64,000 nucleotides of DNA. Origin: PVC group bacterium (lineage in GTDB: Bacteria > Omnitrophota > Gorgyraeia > B26-G9). The notes beneath the pieces were generated by a model. It saw nothing but the letters and a program-made list of their open reading frames with translations, was not told the DNA's origin and made no database searches. Both the position numbers and the translations under genes were made by a program. Location of the stretch: contig JAAEQR010000003.1 of assembly GCA_024231215.1 (NCBI GenBank), positions 22,660 through 86,659 of the forward strand, given 5' to 3'. How positions within the stretch are numbered: the stretch's first letter is position 1; the number at the start of each line of letters is the position of its first letter. Positions 17,879 through 25,924 of the stretch are shown one piece after another.

Positions 17879-19588
17879 ATGAAATTGTTTAAAGATTTGG
17901 GATTATCTCCAGAGATATTGGAAGTACTTAAGAGAAAAGGGTTTGAAGTGCCTACTCCTATCCAGGAACAGACGATTCCGGCTGTGCTGAGTGGAGATAA
18001 AGATATTGTTGGACAGGCTCAGACGGGTACCGGGAAAACAGCGGCTTTTGGTCTTCCAATAATCGAGTTGTTAGAGGAAAATTCAAGTGTAGTTCAAGCG
18101 CTTGTATTGACTCCGACACGTGAGTTGGCGATTCAGGTAGCAGAGGAGATATTATCATTAAAGGGTAAAAAAAAGCTGAGTGTTGTGCCGATATATGGAG
18201 GGCAATCAATTTCTTTACAGTTGAGAAGCTTGAAAAAAGGGGTAGATGTGGTTGTTGGTACTCCAGGCAGAATATTAGATCATCTTAAAAGAGGCACATT
18301 AAAGGTGAATAATATTTCTTATCTTGTCCTGGATGAGGCGGATGAGATGTTAAATATGGGGTTTCAGGAAGATGTAGAGAAAATAATGAAGAAAACATCA
18401 GAGGATAAGCGGACATTGCTGTTTTCCGCGACCATGCCTGCGGCAATAATGAAGATTGCAAAACAGTACATGGGTGAATATGATGTTTTCAAAGTAGCGC
18501 ATGGCCAGCTTACGGTAAATTCAACCGACCAGATATATTTTGAAGTTAGAATGTCGGATAAATTTGAGGCTTTGTGCCGAATTATTGATATTGAGGAAGA
18601 GTTTTATGGGCTTGTTTTCTGCCGGACGAAAATAGATGTTGATACAGTTGCCAGGCATCTTAGTGAACGAGGTTATGATGCTGAAGCTTTGCATGGTGAT
18701 ATTACTCAGAACTTAAGAGAGAAAATACTTAATAAACTTAAAAAGCGTTTGATCAATATCCTTGTTGCGACAGATGTAGCGGCCAGGGGAATCGATGTGC
18801 AGGATCTGACGCATGTTATCAACTATGCTATTCCACAGGATCCGGAGTCATATGTTCACAGGATCGGGCGGACCGGCCGGGCCGGGAAAAAAGGAATTGC
18901 TATAACTTTTGTTACTCCTTCGGAGTACAGAAAACTTCAGTTTATAAAGCAAAAAGCTAAGACAGATATACGCAAGGTGAAACTGCCGAAGGTCAAAGAT
19001 GTTATTAACGCAAAAAAACTTCGAGTTAAGACCCAGATTGAAGAAATAATGCAGACAAACCTTCAACCGGATTATCTTGCTATGTCTGAAGACCTTTTGA
19101 ATAATCATGCTCCCGAACAAGTTCTTGCGGCACTTTTACAGTATTCTTTTCGCGGAGAGTTAAGTGAAAAGAATTATGCTCCAATAGAAGAGAGAGGTGG
19201 TGGAGACGGCGGTGGGGTAGACCGGCAGGGTAAGACGCGTCTTTTTGTTCAACAGGGAAAGAATAACGGGCTGACAGCTAGAAGTCTAGTAGAGATCATT
19301 ACGGATAAATGCAATATCCGGGCAGATAAAATCAGAGATATCCAAATACTTGATGCTTTTTCTTTTGTAACTCTTCCGTTTAATGAGGCAGAAAAGGTAT
19401 TGTCTTATTTTCAGAAAAGACGGAAAGAGTCAGATTTGTTAATTGTGAAAGCTAAGACTGAAAGAACAGGGAGAAGTGATCGAAAAGGCAGAGACAGGGG
19501 AAGAGGCAGAAGTAGTAGGCCGGGCAGAAGTGGTGGTAAAGGTCGTAAAGATAGACAAAGTAAAAGTAGGAGTAGGGGAAGAAAATAA
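17879..19588 (+). CDS. deaD: DEAD-box ATP-dependent RNA helicase with a DbpA-type C-terminal domain and an Arg/Gly/Ser-rich tail
   Basis: Q-motif, AQTGTGKT, PTRELA, DEAD, SAT and HRIGRTGRAG motifs. The tail is GRSDRKGRDRGRGRSSRPGRSGGKGRKDRQSKSRSRGRK. Confidence 0.9.
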   Translation: MKLFKDLGLSPEILEVLKRKGFEVPTPIQEQTIPAVLSGDKDIVGQAQTGTGKTAAFGLPIIELLEENSSVVQALVLTPTRELAIQVAEEILSLKGKKKLSVVPIYGGQSISLQLRSLKKGVDVVVGTPGRILDHLKRGTLKVNNISYLVLDEADEMLNMGFQEDVEKIMKKTSEDKRTLLFSATMPAAIMKIAKQYMGEYDVFKVAHGQLTVNSTDQIYFEVRMSDKFEALCRIIDIEEEFYGLVFCRTKIDVDTVARHLSERGYDAEALHGDITQNLREKILNKLKKRLINILVATDVAARGIDVQDLTHVINYAIPQDPESYVHRIGRTGRAGKKGIAITFVTPSEYRKLQFIKQKAKTDIRKVKLPKVKDVINAKKLRVKTQIEEIMQTNLQPDYLAMSEDLLNNHAPEQVLAALLQYSFRGELSEKNYAPIEERGGGDGGGVDRQGKTRLFVQQGKNNGLTARSLVEIITDKCNIRADKIRDIQILDAFSFVTLPFNEAEKVLSYFQKRRKESDLLIVKAKTERTGRSDRKGRDRGRGRSSRPGRSGGKGRKDRQSKSRSRGRK

Positions 19589-19622
19589 AGCAGGACAATC
19601 AGAGATAATATGAGTTTATAGC

Positions 19623-19662
19623 AAGCCCTTACTGGTAAAAACCCGGTAAGGGCTTTATTATT
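19623..19662 (+). terminator. Intrinsic terminator after the helicase gene
   Basis: Long stem aagcccttac..gtaagggctt followed by tttattattt. Confidence 0.75.
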
Positions 19663-19716
19663 TAGTTATAAATAAATGGTTCTAAATATTAGAGAGATAT
19701 AATATAATATAAAATA

Positions 19717-19731
19717 CCGAATAATATTCGG
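19717..19731. promoter_or_regulatory. Perfect 15-bp palindrome CCGAATA-A-TATTCGG just downstream of a TATAAT (19703-19708); possible operator for the FIST gene
   Basis: Read directly from the sequence. It is located 40 nt upstream of the 19772 start codon. Confidence 0.3.
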
Positions 19732-19771
19732 GATTTTAAAATGCAAGATTAAAAAACAGAGGGGAATATTT

Positions 19772-21073
19772 ATGTTAAAGAAAATTACAATTTTAGTTTT
19801 GTTGTCTTTATTATTTTTTTCGATCAATGGGGACGGTTTGGCCGAAGAAAATAAAAACGTGTGGGTGGGAGTCGGCAGCTCGGTAAATACGGATTTAAAA
19901 GAAGCAGTAAAGGAAGCAGGAGCTCAGATAGAAGAACGGCTGGGGAAATATAAGCCAGATTATGTAATCTTATTTTCGACAATAGGATATAATCCGGTAG
20001 AGTTGTTAAAAGAAGTAAAAAATGAATTAGGTAAGAATGTCAAAATATACGGGGGGACTTCTTGTTTGGCTGTTTTTGATCAGAATGGGTTTCATCAGGG
20101 GGAGATTGCTTCTCTTTCGATGTTAGCGGTTTCGTCTGATGAAATAAAATTCGGAGTAGGCGGGGCTGATTTAGATGCAACCAGTCCTTTTGAAGCAGGG
20201 AAAACAGCGATTATAAAAGCCATGGAAAATTCAGGAAGTAAAGAGGAAAAACCTGATTTAATTCTAATTACCGCTGCTCCCGGTGCGGAAGAATTTATTA
20301 TCGAAGGGATTCAAAGTGTTGTAGGAGATGTCCCGATTACCGGGGGGTCTTCCGCGGATAATTCGATCGAAGGTCAATGGCTGCAGTATGCGAATGGTGA
20401 TTTTTTTAGCAATGGAGTTGTCTTAACAGCTATCTATACAAAATTAAAAATTGGCATTTCTTTTGAAGGAGGATATGGCCGGACGGTTAATACTGGTATT
20501 GTTACTAAAGCTGAAGGCAGGGTTATATATGAGATAAATAACAGGCCTGCGGCAGTTGTATATAATGAATGGGTTAACGGTGAATTTAAAGATGTCTTAA
20601 CGGACGGAGGAAATATTTTATCCCGGGCTACTTTTTATCCTTTGGCTAAAAGCATTAGAGGGAGCGGGGATGTCTGGTATTCTTTGACTGTGCATCCGAG
20701 TACTATAAATGCTCCGGAACAGTCATTATCCACATTTGTTAAGGTAGAAGAAGGGGACAATCTAACTCTTATGAGGGGGGATTGGGAGATACTTCTTAAT
20801 AGAGGAATGTCAACACCAAAGCTGGCTTTAAAAAACGGAGGGTTAGATAGGGATAATATTGTTTTTGGTATTTATACTTTTTGCGGGGGATCTATGCTGG
20901 CTATACCGGAAAGCGAGAGACCCAAACTGTCTTTGTTAGCAAATAGGGTATTAAAAGATATTCCTTATGTTGGAACATTTACGTTTGGAGAGCAGGGCTA
21001 TGTTTCCGGGATAGGTAACATGCATGGTAATTTAGTAAGTACAATGGTGTTGTTTAGCGATAGCGAGGAATAA
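19772..21073 (+). CDS. Exported FIST-domain (FIST_N plus FIST_C) sensor-like protein
   Basis: Signal peptide. The overall pattern fits my memory of FIST proteins (..YVILFSTIGY.., ..GGSSADN.., ..FTFGEQG..). Confidence 0.65.
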   Translation: MLKKITILVLLSLLFFSINGDGLAEENKNVWVGVGSSVNTDLKEAVKEAGAQIEERLGKYKPDYVILFSTIGYNPVELLKEVKNELGKNVKIYGGTSCLAVFDQNGFHQGEIASLSMLAVSSDEIKFGVGGADLDATSPFEAGKTAIIKAMENSGSKEEKPDLILITAAPGAEEFIIEGIQSVVGDVPITGGSSADNSIEGQWLQYANGDFFSNGVVLTAIYTKLKIGISFEGGYGRTVNTGIVTKAEGRVIYEINNRPAAVVYNEWVNGEFKDVLTDGGNILSRATFYPLAKSIRGSGDVWYSLTVHPSTINAPEQSLSTFVKVEEGDNLTLMRGDWEILLNRGMSTPKLALKNGGLDRDNIVFGIYTFCGGSMLAIPESERPKLSLLANRVLKDIPYVGTFTFGEQGYVSGIGNMHGNLVSTMVLFSDSEE

Positions 21074-21271
21074 AGGCTTCTATGTTAATGAGAAAAAGAG
21101 TTTATCCGCTTTGACGATTGTAAAGAAGATCGTACAATTCTAGCAAAAAAAGCAGCTTGACCTTACCACGGGTGAAAAAAATCACTAAAAACCAATGTTA
21201 TGTAACATGTTGAAAACAAATAAATTGATTCAGACTTCCAGCCACAATTCAAAATAAATTCAAAAAACAAG

Positions 21272-21299
21272 TTGACAAAGTAATTTTTTATGGTATATT
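21272..21299 (+). promoter_or_regulatory. Sigma70-type promoter of rex (TTGACA-16 nt-TGg-TATATT)
   Basis: TTGACA at 21272-21277 and an extended -10 TGGTATATT at 21291-21299. Confidence 0.6.
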
Positions 21300-21317
21300 A
21301 GTGAATAAATTCACAGA
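21298..21317. promoter_or_regulatory. Rex operator (TTAGTGAATAAATTCACAGA)
   Basis: The inverted repeat GTGAA-N4-TTCAC fits the known Rex box TTGTGAA-N4-TTCACAA. It overlaps the -10 and transcription start region of rex itself. Confidence 0.7.
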
Positions 21318-21334
21318 TATACTTGGAGGGGTTG

Positions 21335-21958
21335 ATGGATTTTTCGAATAACACAATTGATCGGATTTGCCGGATATTTGGATATCTTACAGTATTAGAG
21401 AAAAAAGGTATTGATTTTATTTCGTCAAAAGAGTTAGCCGAAGCTATCGGAGCTACAGAATATACAATCCGCAAGGATTTTAGTACTTTAAATTTTAAGG
21501 GATATACAAGAAGAGGGTATGCGGTTAAATCATTAAAGAATAAAATCGGCGATAAGTTTCTTTTAAATCAAAAACGAAGAGCGTGTATTGTCGGGTTGGG
21601 ACGGTTGGGAACGGCATTACTTGATTATGAAAAATTTCAGGAAGACGGATTTGAAATTATTGCCGGGTTTGATATAAGCATTAATAAAATAGAGCGTATT
21701 CAGACAGATATTGATGTATTTGCGATAAGCCGTTTGCCGGATATTGTGAAAAGTAAAAATATAGAGTTAGGCATTATTACTGTGCCAGGGGAAGCAGCTC
21801 AAAAGGTTGCGGATATTTTAATTAAGGCGGGAGTTAAAGGTATTTTAAATTTCTCTCCGGCCAAGATAAATGTGCCGCAATCTATTGTTCATCTGGATAA
21901 AGATTTTACAAGTGCTTTGCGGTTTATTGCCGCAAGGTTTATGGTGGAGAGGAAGTAA
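21335..21958 (+). CDS. rex: Redox-sensing transcriptional repressor Rex
   Basis: An N-terminal winged helix (SSKELAEAIGATEYTIRKDFS) and a Rossmann GLGRLG motif. The start could be the ATG at 21335 or the TTG at 21323. Confidence 0.9.
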   Translation: MDFSNNTIDRICRIFGYLTVLEKKGIDFISSKELAEAIGATEYTIRKDFSTLNFKGYTRRGYAVKSLKNKIGDKFLLNQKRRACIVGLGRLGTALLDYEKFQEDGFEIIAGFDISINKIERIQTDIDVFAISRLPDIVKSKNIELGIITVPGEAAQKVADILIKAGVKGILNFSPAKINVPQSIVHLDKDFTSALRFIAARFMVERK

Positions 21959-22071
21959 TGATTCCGGGCACTAAGAGAGTAGGGGGTACCCTACAGTGCC
22001 ACGGACATAATTCACGCATATAAATTACATCACTTTGTTCTGTAATTTATGCGTTCATTGAGGAGGTAGTT

Positions 22072-23160
22072 ATGACAGAGATTTATAATTTTAGTGCAGG
22101 TCCGGCAGTATTGCCGAAAGAGGTATTACAAAAAGCAGCTGATGAATTATTGAATTATAATGGATCAGGTATGTCTGTGATGGAGATGTCCCATAGAAGC
22201 GCTGATTTTAAAAACATTATTGATTCTGCGGAATCTAATTTAAGGCAGATAATGGGGATTCCGGAAAATTATAAGGTGTTATTTTTACAGGGAGGTGCGA
22301 GTTTACAGTTTGCAATGATCCCGCTTAATTTAATGAATAAAAATAAAAAAGCTGATTATGTGCATACAGGACAGTGGTCGAAAAAAGCAATAGCTGAAGC
22401 TAAAAAATTTGGAGATGTAAATATCGTTGCTAGTTCGGAAGGGGATAATTATACTAATATTCCAAAGCTTGATCCTGCTATATTTTCTGAGGATGCTGAT
22501 TACTTTTATATTGTAAGCAATAACACTATTTATGGTACTACTTATAATGATTTGCCGGATACGGGCAATGTCCCTTTGGTAGCAGATATGTCCTCGAATA
22601 TTTTATCTGAGCCAATTGATGTTTCAAAATTTGGCGTGATTTTCGCCGGAGCTCAAAAAAATATAGGCCCAGCCGGAGTAACGATTGTGATTATTCGTGA
22701 AGATTTAGTTGGTAATGCTGTGGATAATATCCCAACGATGTTGAACTATAAAACACATGCTGATGCCGGATCCATGTTTAATACGCCGCCGTGTTATTCA
22801 ATTTATATGGCTGGATTGGTATTTGCCTGGATTAAGCAAAAAGGCGGCTTGGCCCAGGTGAAAAAGATCAACGAAGTAAAAGCGAATATGTTATATGATT
22901 ATCTGGATAATTCTAAACTTTTTAGTAGTCCGGTGCAGAAAGAAAATAGATCCTTGATGAATATTCCTTTTGTTACTGGTAATGAAGAGATTGATGCTAA
23001 GTTTATTAAAGAAGCTTCGGCGCGTGGATTAAAAACACTTAAAGGTCATCGTACAGTTGGAGGGATGAGGGCAAGTATTTATAATGCGATGCCGATTGAG
23101 GGAGTTAAGGCTTTGGTTGAATTTATGAAGGAGTTTGAGAAGGAGGTTGGAAATGCATAA
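22072..23160 (+). CDS. serC: Phosphoserine aminotransferase
   Basis: NFSAGPAVLP, SHRS, GAQKNIGPAG (PLP lysine region) and GGMRASIYNAMP motifs. Confidence 0.95.
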   Translation: MTEIYNFSAGPAVLPKEVLQKAADELLNYNGSGMSVMEMSHRSADFKNIIDSAESNLRQIMGIPENYKVLFLQGGASLQFAMIPLNLMNKNKKADYVHTGQWSKKAIAEAKKFGDVNIVASSEGDNYTNIPKLDPAIFSEDADYFYIVSNNTIYGTTYNDLPDTGNVPLVADMSSNILSEPIDVSKFGVIFAGAQKNIGPAGVTIVIIREDLVGNAVDNIPTMLNYKTHADAGSMFNTPPCYSIYMAGLVFAWIKQKGGLAQVKKINEVKANMLYDYLDNSKLFSSPVQKENRSLMNIPFVTGNEEIDAKFIKEASARGLKTLKGHRTVGGMRASIYNAMPIEGVKALVEFMKEFEKEVGNA

Positions 23161-24325
23161 AGTTTTAAAACTTAATAAGATTGCGGTTGAAGGTTTGAGC
23201 ATGTTTCCGTTAGATCAGTATGAGATTGGAACAGAGACTAAAGATCCTGATGTGATATTGTTACGTAGCTATAAGATGCATGACATGACGTTGGGAGACA
23301 ACTTATTGGCAGTTGGCAGAGCCGGAGCTGGTGTAAATAATATTCCGGTTGAAGAATGTTCGAAAAAGGGAATTGTTGTGTTTAATACTCCCGGGGCAAA
23401 TGCTAACGCGGTAAAGGAAATGACTATAGCTAGTCTTCTTTTGTCTTCGCGGGATATTGTGGGCGGGGTTAATTTTACCCAAACTTTGAAAGATAAGGGA
23501 GCTGAGGTTCCGGCACTTGTCGAAGCGAATAAAAAGAATTATGCTGGGCAGGAGATAATGGGTAAGAAATTGGCTGTTATTGGTCTGGGCAAAATAGGTG
23601 TAATGGTTGCTAATAGCGCGGTTGATTTGGGCATGGAAGTTATGGGGTATGATCCGTTTATTTCGGTTGAATCTGCTTGGGGATTATCCAGAGCGGTAAA
23701 GAGAGCCGAAGGGTTGGAAGCGTTAATTGCCGAAGCTGATTATATTTCAGTACATACGCCGTTAACAGACAAAACGCGCGGCATAATCAATGTGGATAAA
23801 TTTAACTGCATGAAAAAAGGCGTGCGTATTCTGAATTTCTCCCGCGGTGGGATTGTGAATAATGATGATTTAAAAGCGGCAATTGAAAAGGATATTGTAG
23901 CACGTTATGTAACTGACTTTCCGGATGATGAGCTTTTAAACATGAAGAATATATTAACCATCCCTCATCTAGGTGCTTCAACCCAGGAATCAGAGCGCAA
24001 CTGTGCGGTAATGATTGCTAAAGAGATGCGGGATTTTGTGGAGACAGGAAAGATCAAGAATTCGGTTAATTATCCGGATTGCAAATTAGATCAGAGTACG
24101 GATTTTCGGGTTATTGTTATGCATGAGAATATTCCGAATATGGTACGTCAGGCAACGGAAATCCTGGCAGATGCAAAGATCAATATCAACGAGATGTTGA
24201 ATAAGAGTAAAGGAAACTATTCCTGTACGATTATTGACGCTTCTGATGAGCCGAGTGAGAAGCTGATAAAGGCTATATGCGCGGTAGAGGGAGTTTCTAA
24301 GGTCAGGATGTTGTGTTTTAAGTGA
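23153..24325 (+). CDS. serA: D-3-phosphoglycerate dehydrogenase with a C-terminal ACT-like domain
   Basis: GLGKIG NAD-binding motif, SVHTPLT, FSRGG and HLGAST motifs. I prefer the ATG at 23153, which overlaps the serC stop by 8 nt. Confidence 0.9.
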   Translation: MHKVLKLNKIAVEGLSMFPLDQYEIGTETKDPDVILLRSYKMHDMTLGDNLLAVGRAGAGVNNIPVEECSKKGIVVFNTPGANANAVKEMTIASLLLSSRDIVGGVNFTQTLKDKGAEVPALVEANKKNYAGQEIMGKKLAVIGLGKIGVMVANSAVDLGMEVMGYDPFISVESAWGLSRAVKRAEGLEALIAEADYISVHTPLTDKTRGIINVDKFNCMKKGVRILNFSRGGIVNNDDLKAAIEKDIVARYVTDFPDDELLNMKNILTIPHLGASTQESERNCAVMIAKEMRDFVETGKIKNSVNYPDCKLDQSTDFRVIVMHENIPNMVRQATEILADAKININEMLNKSKGNYSCTIIDASDEPSEKLIKAICAVEGVSKVRMLCFK

Positions 24326-24341
24326 TAAAGGGAGGGAAGAG

Positions 24342-25091
24342 ATGAAGAATGTTATTAGAAATACAATAGGATTATTGTTGGCCAGCCAGACTGCGGCTTA
24401 TGCATATACAAGTAAGCGTGAGATTAACTGGAATGATCAGGTTTTGCAGCCGCTTAAAAACGCATTGGTGGATGCTGTAAGTTTTATCCCGGATATTGTC
24501 TTTGCTGTGTTGATTTTGGTTTCGGGGTGGTTAATAGCTAAAATTGTGCAGTTTGTGATATCCCGTTTTCTTCTATCTATAAAATTTGATAACTTTGCCC
24601 AAAAAATGGGAATTACTGAATTATTAGGTGAAGGAAAAGAACCAATTGCGCCGCATCGCTGGATAGGTAATTTGTCGTTCTGGGTGGTTATTGTAATAAG
24701 TATTATTTCAAGTCTAAATCAGCTTCAGCTTAGGCTTGCTTCAGCCAGGTTAGATGGGTTGCTGCATTTTCTGTCTACTATTTTCAGCACTGTGGTTATT
24801 TTTATTATTGGTATGTTTTTGAGTTTTATCGCGGCAAAATTAATACGAGTAATTGCTCAAAATCTTAAGATGCAGAAACCGGAATTGTTTGCAAATTTAA
24901 CGAAGTGGACGGTTCTTGTGTTTACGGCTATGGTGTGTTTAATGGAAATCGGCTTACCTCCGCAGATAGTGCTTATTGCTATTACTATTGTTTTTGTGAC
25001 TTTGTGTATTACTTTTGTTATCGCCTTTGGTACGGGGGGCATTGGTTGGGCATCAAAAGTACTGGATAGGACTTTAGAGAAAAAAAATTAA
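24342..25091 (+). CDS. Polytopic membrane protein with a signal peptide (possibly a TM-helix-repeat or mechanosensitive-channel-related family)
   Basis: Signal-like N-terminus followed by about 5 hydrophobic helices. I recognised no catalytic motif. Confidence 0.5.
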   Translation: MKNVIRNTIGLLLASQTAAYAYTSKREINWNDQVLQPLKNALVDAVSFIPDIVFAVLILVSGWLIAKIVQFVISRFLLSIKFDNFAQKMGITELLGEGKEPIAPHRWIGNLSFWVVIVISIISSLNQLQLRLASARLDGLLHFLSTIFSTVVIFIIGMFLSFIAAKLIRVIAQNLKMQKPELFANLTKWTVLVFTAMVCLMEIGLPPQIVLIAITIVFVTLCITFVIAFGTGGIGWASKVLDRTLEKKN

Positions 25092-25114
25092 TCTAAAACG
25101 ATAATAATTTTAGA

Positions 25115-25146
25115 ACAGCCGGCAAGATATTAGCCGGCTGTTTTTA
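25115..25146 (+). terminator. Intrinsic terminator
   Basis: 9-bp stem acagccggc / gccggctgt with a 9-nt loop, followed by ttttt. Confidence 0.85.
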
Positions 25147-25175
25147 TTTATGGGGATATGGTAAAATAGCACATT

Positions 25176-25919
25176 ATGGGAAAGAAACTATTAGGGATAG
25201 TAAAAACAAAAGATAATATTAAAATATCGTATGAGCACCGGCAGAATGGATTTCCTTCGGTGGTGATCGTGTGTCCTGGTTTTTTTAACAGTAAAAAGAA
25301 CCGATGGATACGTCGGACTGTGGATATTGTCAGTGAAGAGCATGATGCGATTGTGCTTGATTTTCGCGGGCATGGAGATAGCGGAGGATTATTTACCTGG
25401 TCTGCTAAAGATTATTATGATGTTCAGGCAATAGTTGAATACGCGCGGTCTTGCGGTTATGAATCGATTGGGATTTTGGGATATTCTCTAGGTGCCGCCG
25501 CCGCAGTAAATGCGGTAAGTTATACGAAGGATATAAGGAGTATGATCCTGATTAGTGGACCGTATGATTTCTGGCAGATAAATTATCATTTCTGGGAGCC
25601 GGAGGTGATTTCGGATTTAAAGGATAATATTGATTGTGCCTGGGAGGGAAAAGGTGCGCGGGTTGATAGTTTGTTTATTCCTAAGCCAAAACCAATTACA
25701 CAGATAAAACGTATTACAGAAACACCGATACTGCTTATTCATGGTACACGAGATTGGATCATAAAAGATTATCATTCTCAGAAGTTATTTGATGCAGCGC
25801 CGGGAGAGAAAAAAATAGAACTAATAAAAGGTGGTTTGCACGCGGAACGGCTGATTCAGCAGTACCCGGAGCGGATGAAGCGGTTAATACTAGGCTGGCT
25901 GAAGAAAACAATGGGTTAG
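25176..25919 (+). CDS. Alpha/beta-fold hydrolase
   Basis: Nucleophile elbow GYSLGA, HGTRDW (Asp region) and GGLHAE (His region). Confidence 0.75.
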   Translation: MGKKLLGIVKTKDNIKISYEHRQNGFPSVVIVCPGFFNSKKNRWIRRTVDIVSEEHDAIVLDFRGHGDSGGLFTWSAKDYYDVQAIVEYARSCGYESIGILGYSLGAAAAVNAVSYTKDIRSMILISGPYDFWQINYHFWEPEVISDLKDNIDCAWEGKGARVDSLFIPKPKPITQIKRITETPILLIHGTRDWIIKDYHSQKLFDAAPGEKKIELIKGGLHAERLIQQYPERMKRLILGWLKKTMG

Positions 25920-25924
25920 TACAA

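Noticed and set aside
21959-22071. A T-box or riboswitch in the serC leader
   Set aside because: The spacer is only about 110 nt, with two simple hairpins. That is too short for a T-box, and it contains no motif I recognise from known riboswitch classes.
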